Below, piece after piece: positions 62,831 through 64,000 of a stretch of DNA of 64,000 nucleotides; the stretch's first letter is position 1, and each line of letters begins with the position of its first letter. The DNA lies in assembly GCF_964194155.1 (NCBI RefSeq), contig NC_135906.1, positions 23,312,001 through 23,376,000 on the forward strand, read 5' to 3'. The notes beneath the pieces were generated by a model. That model ran no database searches. It was given only the letters and a program-made list of their open reading frames with translations, and had not been told where the DNA came from. This DNA comes from Cetorhinus maximus (taxonomy: Eukaryota). The translations under genes were made by a program, and so were the position numbers.

Positions 62831-64000
62831 TTAATGATTTTATGTTTTTATTCTCCATCTTATCAAGTGATGTGAATCTTACCACTAGGGATGTTCTGTA
62901 GATAGGATGAGGATAAGGGCTGTCACCTCTATAGACTAGATCCAAATTCACCCCATTCAAAATAGAATTGAAGTCTTGCCTATCTGCTGGTGGGAAGTAC
63001 CTTCTATCTCTTACAAACATGCAAAACCAGTTGGCCCATCAAGCCTGTCCCATGATGGTGGAAGCATCATGAGCAGACACTTCCTCCATGCACCCCACCC
63101 CACCCCCCAACTACCCCCACTGCCGCCCTCCCAGTGTTCCAACCCCCAGGAGAAACAGAAGATACCCGGGGCCAATAAAGGAAGAAAATTCCCTGCCACA
63201 TTCCTCTCCGACCACCACCCACCCCCCCCACCCCCCCACCCCAACCCCCTCCGTAAGGTGATCAAAACAAATCCAGAAAATCACATGGACCAGGTCTGGA
63301 CTGCTTGAATTCATTTCCTATATTAGGTATGGCCCAGATCCAAAATCTGCCCTTAGTTGGCAACTGACCTGTTAATCCCAGTCAGACAAGCCAAAGAATG
63401 ACTGGTGCAGTAAATAGCAAAAAGGTCACCTTGGAAGAATAGGAGATGCATCGCTGGGTTTGGACTGAAGCAGAATGTGGAAAGTGTTGAGTTGCATGTA
63501 ATTTTGTGGACCTAACCTGGGAATGCATACTGCTGCAAATGAGGGTCCAGAACAGAATGTCTTCACCACACCCCACTTTCCTCAACTCCTACCACCTCCC
63601 CCCCCCACTCCCTCAACATCCTTCATCTTGATGGATGCAAAAATTCCCAAGAAAAAAGTTAAAAAAAAGAGGGGAGAAATTGGGATCGGCAAATACTTAT
63701 CAAGTTAACTGTAGAAGGTGTGTAGCACAGGCTTTCCTAGAGAGGGGAGACGCAGGTTTATTCCTTGATCTCAAGGCAAGGACCAGTTCTCCATCATAAG
63801 AAAGGAATTAATTCGGGCTGAACCCATGGATGTGTCAGTAGATGGATCTTATTTTTAAAAAAATGAACCCCCAGAGAAAATTAACTGTAAAACGTAGATA
63901 AAACTGAATTTTACATCTTGTCAGTCCTCAACCATATTAAATTGTGGGTTCAAGTCCCTCCACCAAAGACTTGAGCACATGCAGTACTGAGGGAGTGCTG

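Overview
Eukaryotic (vertebrate) genomic DNA. The repeat landscape (Deu-domain SINEs, CR1/L2-type LINE tails, abundant Penelope-like elements) suggests a cartilaginous fish (shark); this is inference. There are two protein-coding genes, convergently oriented: a six-exon typical 2-Cys peroxiredoxin on + (CDS 9592-15355, 199 aa, PRDX1-like in sequence but in the PRDX2 position next to JUNB) and the intronless AP-1 factor junB on - (59534-58575, 319 aa). Recognisable cis-regulatory modules are an ARE/MARE plus TATA promoter at the peroxiredoxin, a c-jun-like proximal promoter at junB, a dense STAT/CRE/CArG/NF-kB immediate-early enhancer about 6 kb 3' of junB, and CTCF-like motifs. The rest is mostly mobile DNA. 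Most notable is a series of Penelope-like (RT + GIY-YIG) insertions, from 2.2 kb down to about 130 bp, most with readable target-site duplications. They carry minimal hammerhead-ribozyme motifs with covarying stem II and a recurrent non-canonical core (CUGUUGA/CUGCCGA), and two of them are palindromic single insertions. Also present are a LINE with a tRNA-derived Pol III head whose SINE derivatives share both ends, a solo LTR inflated by a 29-bp minisatellite, and a 200-bp inverted duplication. All coordinates were read by eye; repeat boundaries are approximate.
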